Below, in pieces: positions 20,886 to 30,297 of a stretch of 64,000 nucleotides of DNA. The stretch's first letter is position 1. Each line of letters opens with the position of its first letter. The DNA comes from Alphaproteobacteria bacterium (GTDB taxonomy: Bacteria > Pseudomonadota > Alphaproteobacteria > UBA828): contig CBDCQT010000012.1 in the NCBI GenBank assembly GCA_965220745.1, positions 576,001 to 640,000 on the forward strand, read 5' to 3'. The notes below the pieces were generated by a model. That model was not told where the DNA came from. It saw only the letters and a list, made by a program, of their open reading frames with translations, and did not search any database. Made by a program: the position numbers and the translations under genes.

Positions 20886-23252
20886 ATGTTGAACAACTCT
20901 CATCTCCATCAATCCAAAGGGCGACGTAACCGTCATTTTCTGCGTTTCGTACTCTATGTCGCCGTTCCGCTTTGTGCCACGACCCTGATCCTGGGCGCGT
21001 GCCACAAATTCGTGGATGGGGACGAAGACGAGCAAGAGGCGTGCGTCGAGACTCACGACCGGGGCTGCGTTCTTGAGCCCGAATTCGAGGCATTGGTACA
21101 GGAAATCGCGGCTGAGTATGCCGAGCCGTCGAGCTTCCAGAACCAGTGGGGCCTGGCTGCGATCAACGCCGACCAAGCGTATGCGAACCTGGAGCTGGAG
21201 TTCGGGCCCGGCGTCGCGCCCGGCGAGGGCATCACCGTCGGCGTGCTGGATACGGGGATTGACGGAGCCGACCCTGCGTTCAGGGACAAGACCGTCATCG
21301 AACGGTTTCTACCAGGCGCGAACGATGAGGTCGGGAACGAGACTTCTCACGGTACCGCGGTAGCCAGCATTCTTGCCGGAGAGGATATCCCCGGTTTCCC
21401 GCACGACGCGCAGGGCGTGGCCTGGGGCGCCGACCTCGTCGTCTTCGCGATCCCGCTCGGCGACCCTCCCGAGTCTTATGAGCCGACCCCGATCAGCGAG
21501 CTGCCGGGAACTGCGGAATATTTTGCGGAGACCTTCGAAGAGATACTCGCTTGGCGGTTCGGCACCCGGCGCATCGATTTTCTGAACCTGAGCCTAGGCG
21601 TCTCGGGCGTCGTTGAGAGCTACAGCGAAGAGATTGTTAGCGAGTCTTTCGCGCCGTTGCTTCCCGTGATGCTTCAGGAAGGCGCCGACAAGAAAGTCAT
21701 CTTCGTCTGGGCAGCGGGGAATGCGCACGGCCTGCCATGCGAAGCCACGATATCCGAATGCGTCGACGGAGCGGTGGAAGCCACCTCGGCGTCGCTTCTG
21801 TCGGGTCTGGGCGCGCGAATGCCAGAGCTGCAAGAGACGTTGGTTGCGGTCGTGGCCACACGCCCGGACGGCGAGATTGCCGACTTCTCCAACCGCTGCG
21901 GCATCGCGGCCGATTACTGCCTGGCGGCCCCGGGAGACGACCTTCGGTTTTCCTATTTCGGTCCGGGTCCGAACGGCGAACCGGGTTTTCGCGGCATAGG
22001 GGTTGGAGGCGGCACATCGTTCGCCGCGCCGATGGTGACCGGCGGCCTCGCCGTGATGAAGCAGTATTTCCGGGGCCAGGTCTCCAACACGGACCTGTTG
22101 GCGAGGCTCCTCGAGACCGCGAATCGCACCGGCCTCTACGCCGATGCCGCGATTTACGGTCGCGGCCTCATGGATTTGGGCGCCGCGACCTCGCCCGTGG
22201 GTGCGACGGTCGTCGCCATGGGCGAACGGGTGGGAAGTGCGGGTGCCGCATTGAGCGGTTCGAACTTGCAACTCGGCCTCGCCTTCGGCGATGCGCTCGC
22301 TCCCGTTCTCGAAGGCCAACAGATCACCGCGTTCGATACGCTCGGCGCGCCGTTCTGGTACGACATCGACACGATGGTGAGCGCTGCAGCGAGGCCCGCG
22401 CTGCACGATCGTTTCCGCGATTTCCAGCAGCTGTCGCTCTCGGAGCCGCTTGGCGCCCCCGCAAGCGCCATCCGGCTCCCCATCCTTGGAACGCGCGGCG
22501 CGCCGCACGGCGCCGCCCCCGGCCTCTATCTCGCGAAAACCGGTGCTCCGGCCGCCTCGAACGCCAACCACTTCGCTCTCGCCAGACACAGCGTCGTCGC
22601 AACCCTGCCGGTCACCGCGAACCTGACCGCCACGGCGCTCACCACGGAAGGACTGGCCCGGCAAAAGCCCGCGTCCGGCGTTGCGCTGACGTGGCGTGAG
22701 CCTGAGACGCCGATTGGTCTCCGGGCCGGCTGGATGGGCGAGCGCCAGACCTTGCTCGGCAGCGAGTCCGACGGCGCCTTCGGAGACCTTCAGGCGCACG
22801 CCGCGTTCGCGGGAGTCGAGGCGGGCACGGAACTCGGCCCGTGGCGCCTCGGCGGCAGCGCGGAAATCGGCACCGTGACTGCGCAGGCGCACGGCGGCGT
22901 GTTCAAGGAAATCTCGCCTCTCGCCACCAGCACATTCGCATTGCATGCCACCCGGCAGAATGAGGACGGCAGCGCGTTTCGTGTGTCGCTGTCGCAGCCG
23001 CTCCGCGTGGAGAGAGGTCGGGCGCTGCTCTCACTTCCCTCGGGACGAACGACAGCGGGCGAGGTGATCCGCAACATCCTGTCTGCCGATGTCGAGCCCG
23101 GCGGCAGGCAGGTCGATCTGGCAGTGCAGTGGCAGCAGCCGATGGAGCTCGGGCAGTTGCGCCTCGGCGCCACGCTCTCCCACGAGCCGGGCCACCGCAG
23201 GAACGCCGACGCGGAGCTAATCCTGCTCTCCGGCTGGCGTCACTTCTTCTAA
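20886..23252 (+). CDS. S8 (subtilisin-like) serine peptidase, probable lipoprotein with C-terminal beta-barrel-like region
   Basis: Lipobox LILGAC; triad motifs VLDTGID, SHGTAVASI, GTSFAAP; WAAGN oxyanion; ends WRHFF. Confidence 0.88.
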   Translation: MLNNSHLHQSKGRRNRHFLRFVLYVAVPLCATTLILGACHKFVDGDEDEQEACVETHDRGCVLEPEFEALVQEIAAEYAEPSSFQNQWGLAAINADQAYANLELEFGPGVAPGEGITVGVLDTGIDGADPAFRDKTVIERFLPGANDEVGNETSHGTAVASILAGEDIPGFPHDAQGVAWGADLVVFAIPLGDPPESYEPTPISELPGTAEYFAETFEEILAWRFGTRRIDFLNLSLGVSGVVESYSEEIVSESFAPLLPVMLQEGADKKVIFVWAAGNAHGLPCEATISECVDGAVEATSASLLSGLGARMPELQETLVAVVATRPDGEIADFSNRCGIAADYCLAAPGDDLRFSYFGPGPNGEPGFRGIGVGGGTSFAAPMVTGGLAVMKQYFRGQVSNTDLLARLLETANRTGLYADAAIYGRGLMDLGAATSPVGATVVAMGERVGSAGAALSGSNLQLGLAFGDALAPVLEGQQITAFDTLGAPFWYDIDTMVSAAARPALHDRFRDFQQLSLSEPLGAPASAIRLPILGTRGAPHGAAPGLYLAKTGAPAASNANHFALARHSVVATLPVTANLTATALTTEGLARQKPASGVALTWREPETPIGLRAGWMGERQTLLGSESDGAFGDLQAHAAFAGVEAGTELGPWRLGGSAEIGTVTAQAHGGVFKEISPLATSTFALHATRQNEDGSAFRVSLSQPLRVERGRALLSLPSGRTTAGEVIRNILSADVEPGGRQVDLAVQWQQPMELGQLRLGATLSHEPGHRRNADAELILLSGWRHFF

Positions 23253-23280
23253 CGCGGACGGCGGCCTGAGCGGCCTCGCC

Positions 23281-24495
23281 TCACGCCATTGCGGCGCGCA
23301 GGCGGCGGTCGATCGCGTCCAGGAAATCCTTGGAGTTGAGCCAGCCTTGGTCGGGGCCGACCAGGATGGCGAGGTCCTTGGTCATCTCTCCGGCTTCCAC
23401 GCATTCGATGCAGCAGCACTCCAGCGTGTCGGCGAAGTCAATGAGCGCCTGGTTGCCGTCGTGCCGGCCGCGGTGCTTGAGGCCGCGGGTCCAGGCGAAG
23501 ATCGAGGCGATGGGGTTGGTCGAGGTCTCCTCGCCCCGCTGATAGGCACGGTAGTGGCGGGTGACGGTGCCGTGCGCCGCCTCGGCCTCCACCGTCTTGC
23601 CGTCGGGCGACATCAGCACCGAGGTCATCAGGCCGAGCGAGCCGAAGCCTTGCGCTACGGTGTCCGACTGCACGTCGCCGTCGTAGTTCTTGCAGGCCCA
23701 GATGAAAGCGCCCTCCCACTTGAGCGCGGCGGCGACCATGTCGTCGATCAGCCGGTGCTCGTAGCCGATACCGGCGGCCTCGAAGCGGTCCCTGAACTCG
23801 GCCTCGAAGACCTCCTCGAACAGGTCCTTGAAGCGCCCGTCGTAGAACTTGAGAATGGTGTTCTTGGTCGACATGTAGACCGGCCAGCCCCGGTCCAGCC
23901 CGTAGTTCATGCAGGCGCGGGCGAAATCGCGGATCGAATCGTCCAGGTTGTACATGGCGAGCGCGACGCCGCCGCCGGGAAAGTCGAACACCTCCCGCTC
24001 GATGGTCTCGCCGCCGTTCGCGGGCTCGAAGCGAACCGTGAGCTTGCCCTTGCCCGGCACCACGAAATCTGTGGCGCGGTACTGGTCGCCGAAGGCGTGG
24101 CGGCCGATGACGATCGGGTGCTCCCAGCCGGGCACGAGGCGCGGCACGTTGCGGCAGATGATGGGCTCGCGGAACACCGTGCCGCCGAGGATGTTGCGGA
24201 TGGTGCCGTTGGGCGAGCGCCACATCTTCTTGAGGCCGAACTCCTCGACGCGAGCCTCGTCGGGCGTGATGGTCGCGCACTTGACGCCGACGCCGATCTC
24301 CTTGATCGCTTCAGCGCAATCGACCGTGACCTGGTCGTCGGTGGCATCCCGATGTTCGACGCCGAGGTCGTAATAGTGGAGGTCGATGTCCACATAGGGC
24401 AGGATCAGCTGGTCCTTGATCCAGGCCCAGATGATTCGCGTCATCTCGTCGCCGTCGATCTCGACGACGGGGTTGGCGACCTTGATTTTCGCCAT
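23281..24495 (-). CDS. icd: NADP-dependent isocitrate dehydrogenase
   Basis: [47 protein letters not shown]. Confidence 0.97.
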   Translation of the reverse strand: MAKIKVANPVVEIDGDEMTRIIWAWIKDQLILPYVDIDLHYYDLGVEHRDATDDQVTVDCAEAIKEIGVGVKCATITPDEARVEEFGLKKMWRSPNGTIRNILGGTVFREPIICRNVPRLVPGWEHPIVIGRHAFGDQYRATDFVVPGKGKLTVRFEPANGGETIEREVFDFPGGGVALAMYNLDDSIRDFARACMNYGLDRGWPVYMSTKNTILKFYDGRFKDLFEEVFEAEFRDRFEAAGIGYEHRLIDDMVAAALKWEGAFIWACKNYDGDVQSDTVAQGFGSLGLMTSVLMSPDGKTVEAEAAHGTVTRHYRAYQRGEETSTNPIASIFAWTRGLKHRGRHDGNQALIDFADTLECCCIECVEAGEMTKDLAILVGPDQGWLNSKDFLDAIDRRLRAAMA

Positions 24496-24570
24496 CCGAA
24501 GCTCTCCAGGAATACGTTGCGGGCGAGGGGCCCCGGGGAGGAAGGCGTCGCGGCCAGCGGAGCCGGGCGC

Positions 24571-24598
24571 ACCTTAGCAAAGCGGTCCGACCGGTCAA
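24571..24598 (-). promoter_or_regulatory. Putative sigma70 promoter of icd
   Basis: Minus strand TTGACC-N16-TAAGGT (with GC preceding the -10), about 75 nt upstream of the icd ATG. Confidence 0.4.
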
Positions 24599-24635
24599 GG
24601 ACGGGGCCGCCGCGAAAGACGGCCCGGAAGGGCGG

Positions 24636-25190
24636 CTACGCCTCGCCGTTGTCCAGGACCCGGAACAGCTCCTCGGTGGAGCGGACCACGGTGGCGAGGC
24701 CGGGTGCGGCAGACGGCGCAAATCCCTCGTCGCTCACATGGTCGAGCAGGTCCTGCAATGGCTCCCAAAAGCCCTCGCTGTCGAGAACGACGATCGGCTT
24801 GTCGAGGAGTCCCAGCTGCTTCCAGGTCAGCACTTCGAAGAACTCGTCGAGAGTGCCGTAGCCGCCCGGCAGGATCACGAAGCCGTCGGCGCGGTCGAGC
24901 ATGATCCGCTTGCGCCGGAACATGTCTTCGGTGACCACCATCTCGGTCAGGCCAGGATGCGCCACCTCGAGGCTCTCCAGTTTCTCGGGAATCACGCCGA
25001 TGGCCTTGCCGCCTCCCGCCAGCACCGCATCGGCCACCACCGCCATCAGACCGATGCCGCCGGCGCCATAAACGAGCGTAATCCCGCGCTGGGCGAGCGC
25101 CGTGCCCAGGCTGCGGGCGGCCTCGGCATGGGCCGGATTGCGGCCCGTTTGGGAACCGCAAAAGACGCAAAGGGACGCGATCGCCGCCAT
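24636..25190 (-). CDS. LOG family protein (TIGR00730, nucleotide monophosphate phosphoribohydrolase-like)
   Basis: LCVFCGS, LVYGAGGIGLM, LPGGYGTLDE (PGGxGTxxE); start moved to MAAIASL. Confidence 0.92.
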   Translation of the reverse strand: MAAIASLCVFCGSQTGRNPAHAEAARSLGTALAQRGITLVYGAGGIGLMAVVADAVLAGGGKAIGVIPEKLESLEVAHPGLTEMVVTEDMFRRKRIMLDRADGFVILPGGYGTLDEFFEVLTWKQLGLLDKPIVVLDSEGFWEPLQDLLDHVSDEGFAPSAAPGLATVVRSTEELFRVLDNGEA

Positions 25191-25364
25191 CGCCGATCCG
25201 ATCCGATTCAGTGGCTGGACGTGTAGGAGCGCCGCTCTGTAGCAGAGACCGCTGCCGGCCGCCAGCCGTGATGACGGCCGGGGTCCCGGTTGCAATGCCC
25301 ACCGAAGCAACTATGTCAGAATACAGACCCCAAGTGCCGAGGGCAGGACCGAGCGCGGGATGCC

Positions 25365-26339
25365 ATGAAAGGGTTCAACTCCCGTTTCGCCCATCGCATC
25401 GCCTGTCTGCTGCTGGCGATGCTGGCGGGCGTCGTGCTCGCCGGTGCAGCGCCCGCGGCGGAACCGGCGGCGGAGCCCGATCCGGCGAGCCCGGACCCGG
25501 CGGCGCGGGGCGCCTACATCCTGCGCGCGGCCGGCTGCGCCACCTGCCACACCGATGTTGCGGGCGGCGGCGTCTTCCTCGCCGGCGGGCGCATGCTGTC
25601 CTCGCCCTGGGGGGCGATCGCCGCCCCCAATATCACGCCGGATCCCGAGACCGGCATCGGCGGCTGGACCGACGAAGACTTCGTCCGCGCGCTGCGTGAC
25701 GGCAAATCGCCCGAGGGCCGCACCTACTATCCGGCATTCCCTTACACCGCGTATGCCGGCATGAAGCGCGAGGACATGCTGGACCTCAAGGCCTACCTCG
25801 ACACGGTGGAGCCGGTCGTCGCCGCCAACAGGCCGCACGAGCTGCGGTTTCCGTTCAGCGTGCGGCTCTTTCTCCATCCTTGGCGCTGGCTCTTCTTCGA
25901 TCGTGAGCCCGAGGCCGCCATTCCCATCGAGGACGAGCGCCTGGAGCGCGGGCACTATCTCGTGGAAACGCTGGGCCACTGCGCCGAATGCCACACCCCG
26001 CGCAACATGTTGGGCGCCCTCAAGCGCGGCCCGCACCTGGCGGGATCACGCTATGGGCCCGGCGGGATTTCGGTTCCCAACATTACCCCCGATGCCGAGA
26101 CGGGCATCGGCTCATGGTCCGAGATCGATCTGGCGTTCTTCCTGCGCACGGGCTTCACGCCCTACGGCGACGACGTGCAAGGCGAGATGCGTGAGGCCAT
26201 CGACGACGGCCTGCGCCACCTGATCCAGGAGGATCTGGAGGCCATGGCCGCCTATCTCAAGGCGCTGCCTGCGATCCGCAACCCGGTGAGCCCGACGCCG
26301 TCCCCACCCCCGGCGTTTTCGTCGGGCAGCGACTGGTAA
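25365..26339 (+). CDS. Periplasmic diheme cytochrome c
   Basis: Signal peptide; two CxxCH motifs (CATCH, CAECH); duplicated PNITPD..TGIG.W; YYPAFPY. Confidence 0.9.
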   Translation: MKGFNSRFAHRIACLLLAMLAGVVLAGAAPAAEPAAEPDPASPDPAARGAYILRAAGCATCHTDVAGGGVFLAGGRMLSSPWGAIAAPNITPDPETGIGGWTDEDFVRALRDGKSPEGRTYYPAFPYTAYAGMKREDMLDLKAYLDTVEPVVAANRPHELRFPFSVRLFLHPWRWLFFDREPEAAIPIEDERLERGHYLVETLGHCAECHTPRNMLGALKRGPHLAGSRYGPGGISVPNITPDAETGIGSWSEIDLAFFLRTGFTPYGDDVQGEMREAIDDGLRHLIQEDLEAMAAYLKALPAIRNPVSPTPSPPPAFSSGSDW

Positions 26340-26417
26340 GGCGCCGCGCTGGGCGCGCTGTCACGCCTCGACCGACTCGTGTATCGTGACGCTCTCAATG
26401 ACTGCTAGGCGATTCGA

Positions 26418-29400
26418 GTGAGCGAGACAGGGACTTTCACCAGTCGCGTGGCCGACGTGCTGACGCGGCGCAAGACGCTTCGCATCGCAGCCCCGGTCGG
26501 CGCCGCCGTCGTGGTCGTCGGCGTCCTGCTCGGCGTGTTCCTCACGGGCGGAGACGAGCCGGATGAAACGACGGGGCAATCCGTCGAGATCGCAGACAGT
26601 ACGGCCGAAAGCACCGGCGAAAGCGTGTCGCCGACCGACGATTCCACGACCACAACAGCTGACACGGGCGCAGCCTCTCAGGCCGAGCCGGCCCACGCAG
26701 GGACAGGTGATCCGGCCGATGCGACGGCGCCCGCCACCGCCGACGTCGACGCTCCCACCCCGGCCGAGCCCAAGCCCCAAGAGACAGCTGAGGCGCCACC
26801 GGTGCCTGCCGACGTTCCGGGCGGCGACATCGATGTCGGCCCGGCGGAGGACGAGACGGTCGAGGCGACCCCGGCAGCACCCGAGAAGCCGACTGAGACC
26901 GCCGCTGTCGAGACACCCGAGGCGGCGCCGACGCCGGCCGATCCACCGGTCGGCGAGGTCGATACCGTCGCGCAGGAGGAAGAGGCGGCCGGGCCCGATG
27001 CTGCGGACGATGGCGCGCCTGCGGTCACGGAGACGGGCACCGCCACCGAAACCGACGTTGCCGCCACGACTGGTGACGGCACCGCCCCCGCGACGGACGA
27101 AGATGCGGCGACCGCGGCTGAGTCAGAGGCAACGGGTGACATGGCCGGCGCCGACACGATGGTGGAAGGCGACGGCGGCACTTCGCCCGTCACCGAAAAG
27201 GATGCAACGGCTGCGGCTACGCCAGAGGCTGCGGACGACGTGGCCGGCGCCGACATGGTGGCGGAGGGCGAAGATGGCACCGCGTCCGTCACCGGGGACG
27301 ATGTGGCGGTTGCGGCTACGCCAGAGGCTGCGGACGAGGCGGCCGACACCGACACGATGGCGGTGACCGAGGATGCAGCACCGTCGGACGAGCAGAGCAT
27401 AGCAGCCGCGCCGGATGCAGCCGGTGCCGAGTCCGAGGCTGAGACTCCGGCAGAGCCACGGAGCGGCGACGCAATGGCATCGGCCGACGTTGCCGGATCT
27501 GGTACCGCGGACGATGTGGCCACCACGTCTGACCCAGCGGTACCCGAGGACTTGAGCGATGACGCCGCCGCCGAGGTGACATCCGACGCTGAGCAGGACG
27601 CAACCACCGAGCTGGCGACGACGGCAGAGCAAGCTGACGCTGACGCAGCGACTCCCGAGACCGAACCTTCGGATGAGCGGGACGAGACGGCTGCTGCGCC
27701 GGATGGCACGGAACCGAGCATCGGTGAAGGCACTACGGCGACGGCCGAGACAGACGAACCTGCCTCCGACGCCGAGCAAGAGACCGCGACTGTCTCCGAA
27801 GACGCGACACCGGATGACACGTCCGACACCGACACGATGGCGGAGGGCGACGACGACACCGCGCCCGCCACCGGCGAGGACGTCACGGCTTCGGTCGAGC
27901 CGGAGGCAACAGAAGATGAGGCCGGCACCGACGCGATGGCGGCGACCGACGATGACACCGCGCCCGCCACCCGGGACGACGAGGTCGCTTCGCCTGAGGC
28001 AGTGGCAACGGAAGACACGTCGGATGCCGACACGATGGCGGAAGATGATGAGGGCACCCCTTCCGCCACTGACACGATAGCGGCGACCGAAGACGGCACC
28101 GCATCCGCAGCCCAAAAGGATGCGGCGGCTGGGTCCGTGGTGACGGCTGATGGAACAGAAGACACGGCCGACGGGGGCGCGGCAACTGAGGCCGCGGCCG
28201 GCGATGATGCACCCGCTGCCACCGAGGAGGGGGCACAGGAGACGGAAAAGACCATCGTCGAGACGCGCGTCGTGCCCGACGAGCCGGTGGAACAGGCTGA
28301 GCAGCCGACCGTCGCGCCGGATGTGCTGGAGGAGACAACGACGGTAGAAGAGCCGGCCCCGGCTGTGATTCCACCCAGCTTCGATATCGTGCGAATCAAG
28401 CCCGACGGCAGCGCGGTGATCGCGGGCCGCGGCCCGCCCGGCGCCGAGGTCACCGTGAAGAGCCAAACGGTCGACCTGGGTTCGGAGACCGCCAACCGTA
28501 GCGGCGAATGGACGCTGCTGCCGGATATCCCCATCCCGCCGGGCGACCACCAGTTCTCGGCGGTCGCGACCCTGCCAGACGGCACGCAAGTGGAATCGGA
28601 TGAGGTGCTCATCGTCTCCATCCCCGATCCCGACGAGGACGGGGGATCGGTGCTCGCCCTGCTGACGCCGCGTGACGGCGAAGGCGGTAGCAGGATTCTG
28701 CAGAAGCCGGAGCCGGCTCCGGAGAAAGTGGAACCGGAGCCCACTCCGGAAGTGGCGGATGAGGAACGGATTGAACTGGCGCGTCCCGATACGACGCCCG
28801 AAGATGAGGCCGCCCCAGGCGCGGATCTGCCGGACGAGGCCCGTCCGGAAGAGACTTCGCCGACGCTCGAAGATACCCAGGTGGCGGACGTAGACGAGGC
28901 TCCTGCGACAGAGACTCCGCCGGCACCCGAAGATACTGAAGTGGCAGGCGTAGACGAGGCTCCTGCGGCTGAGACTCAGCCCGACGAAGAGCCCATGGAC
29001 CAAGCCAGCCTGACCGAAGACCGCTCCGACGACACCGGCGCGACGGTCGCAGCGGACGCTGCCGGCGAGGCGACGGCGGATGCGCCGTCAGACGACGCGG
29101 AAACCGTGTCCGAGGCGACGCCAAGCGAGGAGGACGAGGGCTCTCTCGTCGTCGATACGGTCGATTACGACGATGAGGGCGACATGACGATCACGGGATC
29201 GGCCGAGCCGGCAGCCGACCTGCACGTCTATCTCGATGAGCGACACGTGGGCACGATCGAGAGCGATGCGACCGGCGAATGGGAAGTCTCGCCGGACGAC
29301 GAGGTCGCGCCAGGCACCTACACGCTCAGGGTGGATCAGGTCGATCCCGCTGGTGTGGTCCTCGCCCGCATCGAGACGCCGCTGACCCGCGCGCGGCCAG

Positions 29401-29585
29401 AGGAGCTCTCGTTCGGCGATGCCATCGTCGTGGTCCAGCCGGGGAACAGCCTCTGGCGCATCGCCCGGCGCACCCTCGGCGGCGGCATCCACTTCACCGA
29501 GATCTACGAGGCGAATCGCAGCCAGATCGCTGATCCCGCGCTGATCCATCCCGGCCAGATATTCACCGTTCCCGAACTTAACTGA
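26418..29585 (+). CDS. Membrane-anchored LysM protein with two Ig-like domains and a very long acidic repeat linker
   Basis: N-terminal TM helix; PSFDIVRIKPDGSAVIAGR and VDTVDYDDEG..ITGSAEP Ig-like modules; C-terminal VVQPGNSLWRIA..IYEANRSQIADPALIHPGQIF LysM. Confidence 0.88.
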   Translation: MSETGTFTSRVADVLTRRKTLRIAAPVGAAVVVVGVLLGVFLTGGDEPDETTGQSVEIADSTAESTGESVSPTDDSTTTTADTGAASQAEPAHAGTGDPADATAPATADVDAPTPAEPKPQETAEAPPVPADVPGGDIDVGPAEDETVEATPAAPEKPTETAAVETPEAAPTPADPPVGEVDTVAQEEEAAGPDAADDGAPAVTETGTATETDVAATTGDGTAPATDEDAATAAESEATGDMAGADTMVEGDGGTSPVTEKDATAAATPEAADDVAGADMVAEGEDGTASVTGDDVAVAATPEAADEAADTDTMAVTEDAAPSDEQSIAAAPDAAGAESEAETPAEPRSGDAMASADVAGSGTADDVATTSDPAVPEDLSDDAAAEVTSDAEQDATTELATTAEQADADAATPETEPSDERDETAAAPDGTEPSIGEGTTATAETDEPASDAEQETATVSEDATPDDTSDTDTMAEGDDDTAPATGEDVTASVEPEATEDEAGTDAMAATDDDTAPATRDDEVASPEAVATEDTSDADTMAEDDEGTPSATDTIAATEDGTASAAQKDAAAGSVVTADGTEDTADGGAATEAAAGDDAPAATEEGAQETEKTIVETRVVPDEPVEQAEQPTVAPDVLEETTTVEEPAPAVIPPSFDIVRIKPDGSAVIAGRGPPGAEVTVKSQTVDLGSETANRSGEWTLLPDIPIPPGDHQFSAVATLPDGTQVESDEVLIVSIPDPDEDGGSVLALLTPRDGEGGSRILQKPEPAPEKVEPEPTPEVADEERIELARPDTTPEDEAAPGADLPDEARPEETSPTLEDTQVADVDEAPATETPPAPEDTEVAGVDEAPAAETQPDEEPMDQASLTEDRSDDTGATVAADAAGEATADAPSDDAETVSEATPSEEDEGSLVVDTVDYDDEGDMTITGSAEPAADLHVYLDERHVGTIESDATGEWEVSPDDEVAPGTYTLRVDQVDPAGVVLARIETPLTRARPEELSFGDAIVVVQPGNSLWRIARRTLGGGIHFTEIYEANRSQIADPALIHPGQIFTVPELN
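27130..27370 (+). repeat. Intragenic 99-bp (33-aa) imperfect tandem repeat, block 1
   Basis: TGCGGCTACGCCAGAGGCTGCGGACGA at 27212 and 27311; boundaries approximate. Confidence 0.75.
27810..28100 (+). repeat. Intragenic 99-bp (33-aa) imperfect tandem repeat, block 2
   Basis: GAC(A/G)CGATGGCGG at 27831, 27930 and 28029; boundaries approximate. Confidence 0.75.
28868..28977 (+). repeat. Intragenic 60-bp (20-aa) tandem duplication
   Basis: CGAAGATAC...GTAGACGAGGCTCCTGCG at 28868 and 28928 (EDTQVADVDEAPATET / EDTEVAGVDEAPAAET). Confidence 0.75.
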
Positions 29586-29610
29586 GGACGCGCTCCACGG
29601 CGCGGGGCGC

Positions 29611-30099
29611 TCAACTCAGCCGGGCGACCACGTAGCCCAGCAGGCTGAGGAGGCGCTTCTTCTCGTCCTCGGAGAGGCCGTGGGTCGCGAGCGCGTTGAC
29701 CTCCAGCGCCGCCGGCACCAGCTCGCCGCAGAGCTCGCGGCCCCGCTCCGTCAGCACCACGCGGCGCCGACGGCCATCCTGCTGGTCCTCCACACGGCGG
29801 ATCAGACCGTCGCGCTCCATGCGTTGCAGGGTTCGCGCTGCCGTGGGTTCCTCGATCTGCTGACGGCGGCTCAGCTCCTTCTGGGTGAGGCTCTCCTCCT
29901 CCCAGAGCAGCAGCAGCATCGACCATTGCGCGACCGAGACCCCGTAGCGGCCCAGCCGCTCCTGCAACGCACGGGAGAAGAGGCGCGAGGCAAGAGAGAC
30001 CAAGTGGGCGGTGCTTTCCTCGATTACGAACGGCGTCGCGCCGCTCGTCTCGTCTCCGCCCCGTGCCGCCGGCCGGCGGCGGATCACCGCGTATGACAC
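29611..30099 (-). CDS. MarR family transcriptional regulator
   Basis: C-terminal part of ORF 29611..30939; GTG 30099 after AGGGGAG; LTQKELS, MERDGLIRR, DGRRRRVVLTERGR. Confidence 0.85.
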   Translation of the reverse strand: MSYAVIRRRPAARGGDETSGATPFVIEESTAHLVSLASRLFSRALQERLGRYGVSVAQWSMLLLLWEEESLTQKELSRRQQIEEPTAARTLQRMERDGLIRRVEDQQDGRRRRVVLTERGRELCGELVPAALEVNALATHGLSEDEKKRLLSLLGYVVARLS

Positions 30100-30297
30100 G
30101 GCACTCGCTCCCCTGACGACCCGCTTCAATCCTATGGTGCGTCGGCAGGCCCGGACAAGGAAGGGGTGCGGCAGGGCGGTATGCCGGGCGAGCCCGGAGC
30201 CATGCGGAAAACCATTCAAACTGCCCGCCATCGCTGGCATAGTGCGCGCCGCGCCGCAGCCAGAGCCAGCGGGCGCGCCGGGGAGGCGAGGGGGGAC

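Noticed and set aside
27130-28980. Periodic repeats as a possible CRISPR array
   Set aside because: Periods are multiples of three, repeats are degenerate and in frame within a CDS, with no unique spacers and no cas genes
26678-29003. Ser/Ala/Val-rich minus-strand ORFs resembling adhesins or mucins
   Set aside because: Reverse-complement reading of the acidic low-complexity linker of the LysM gene
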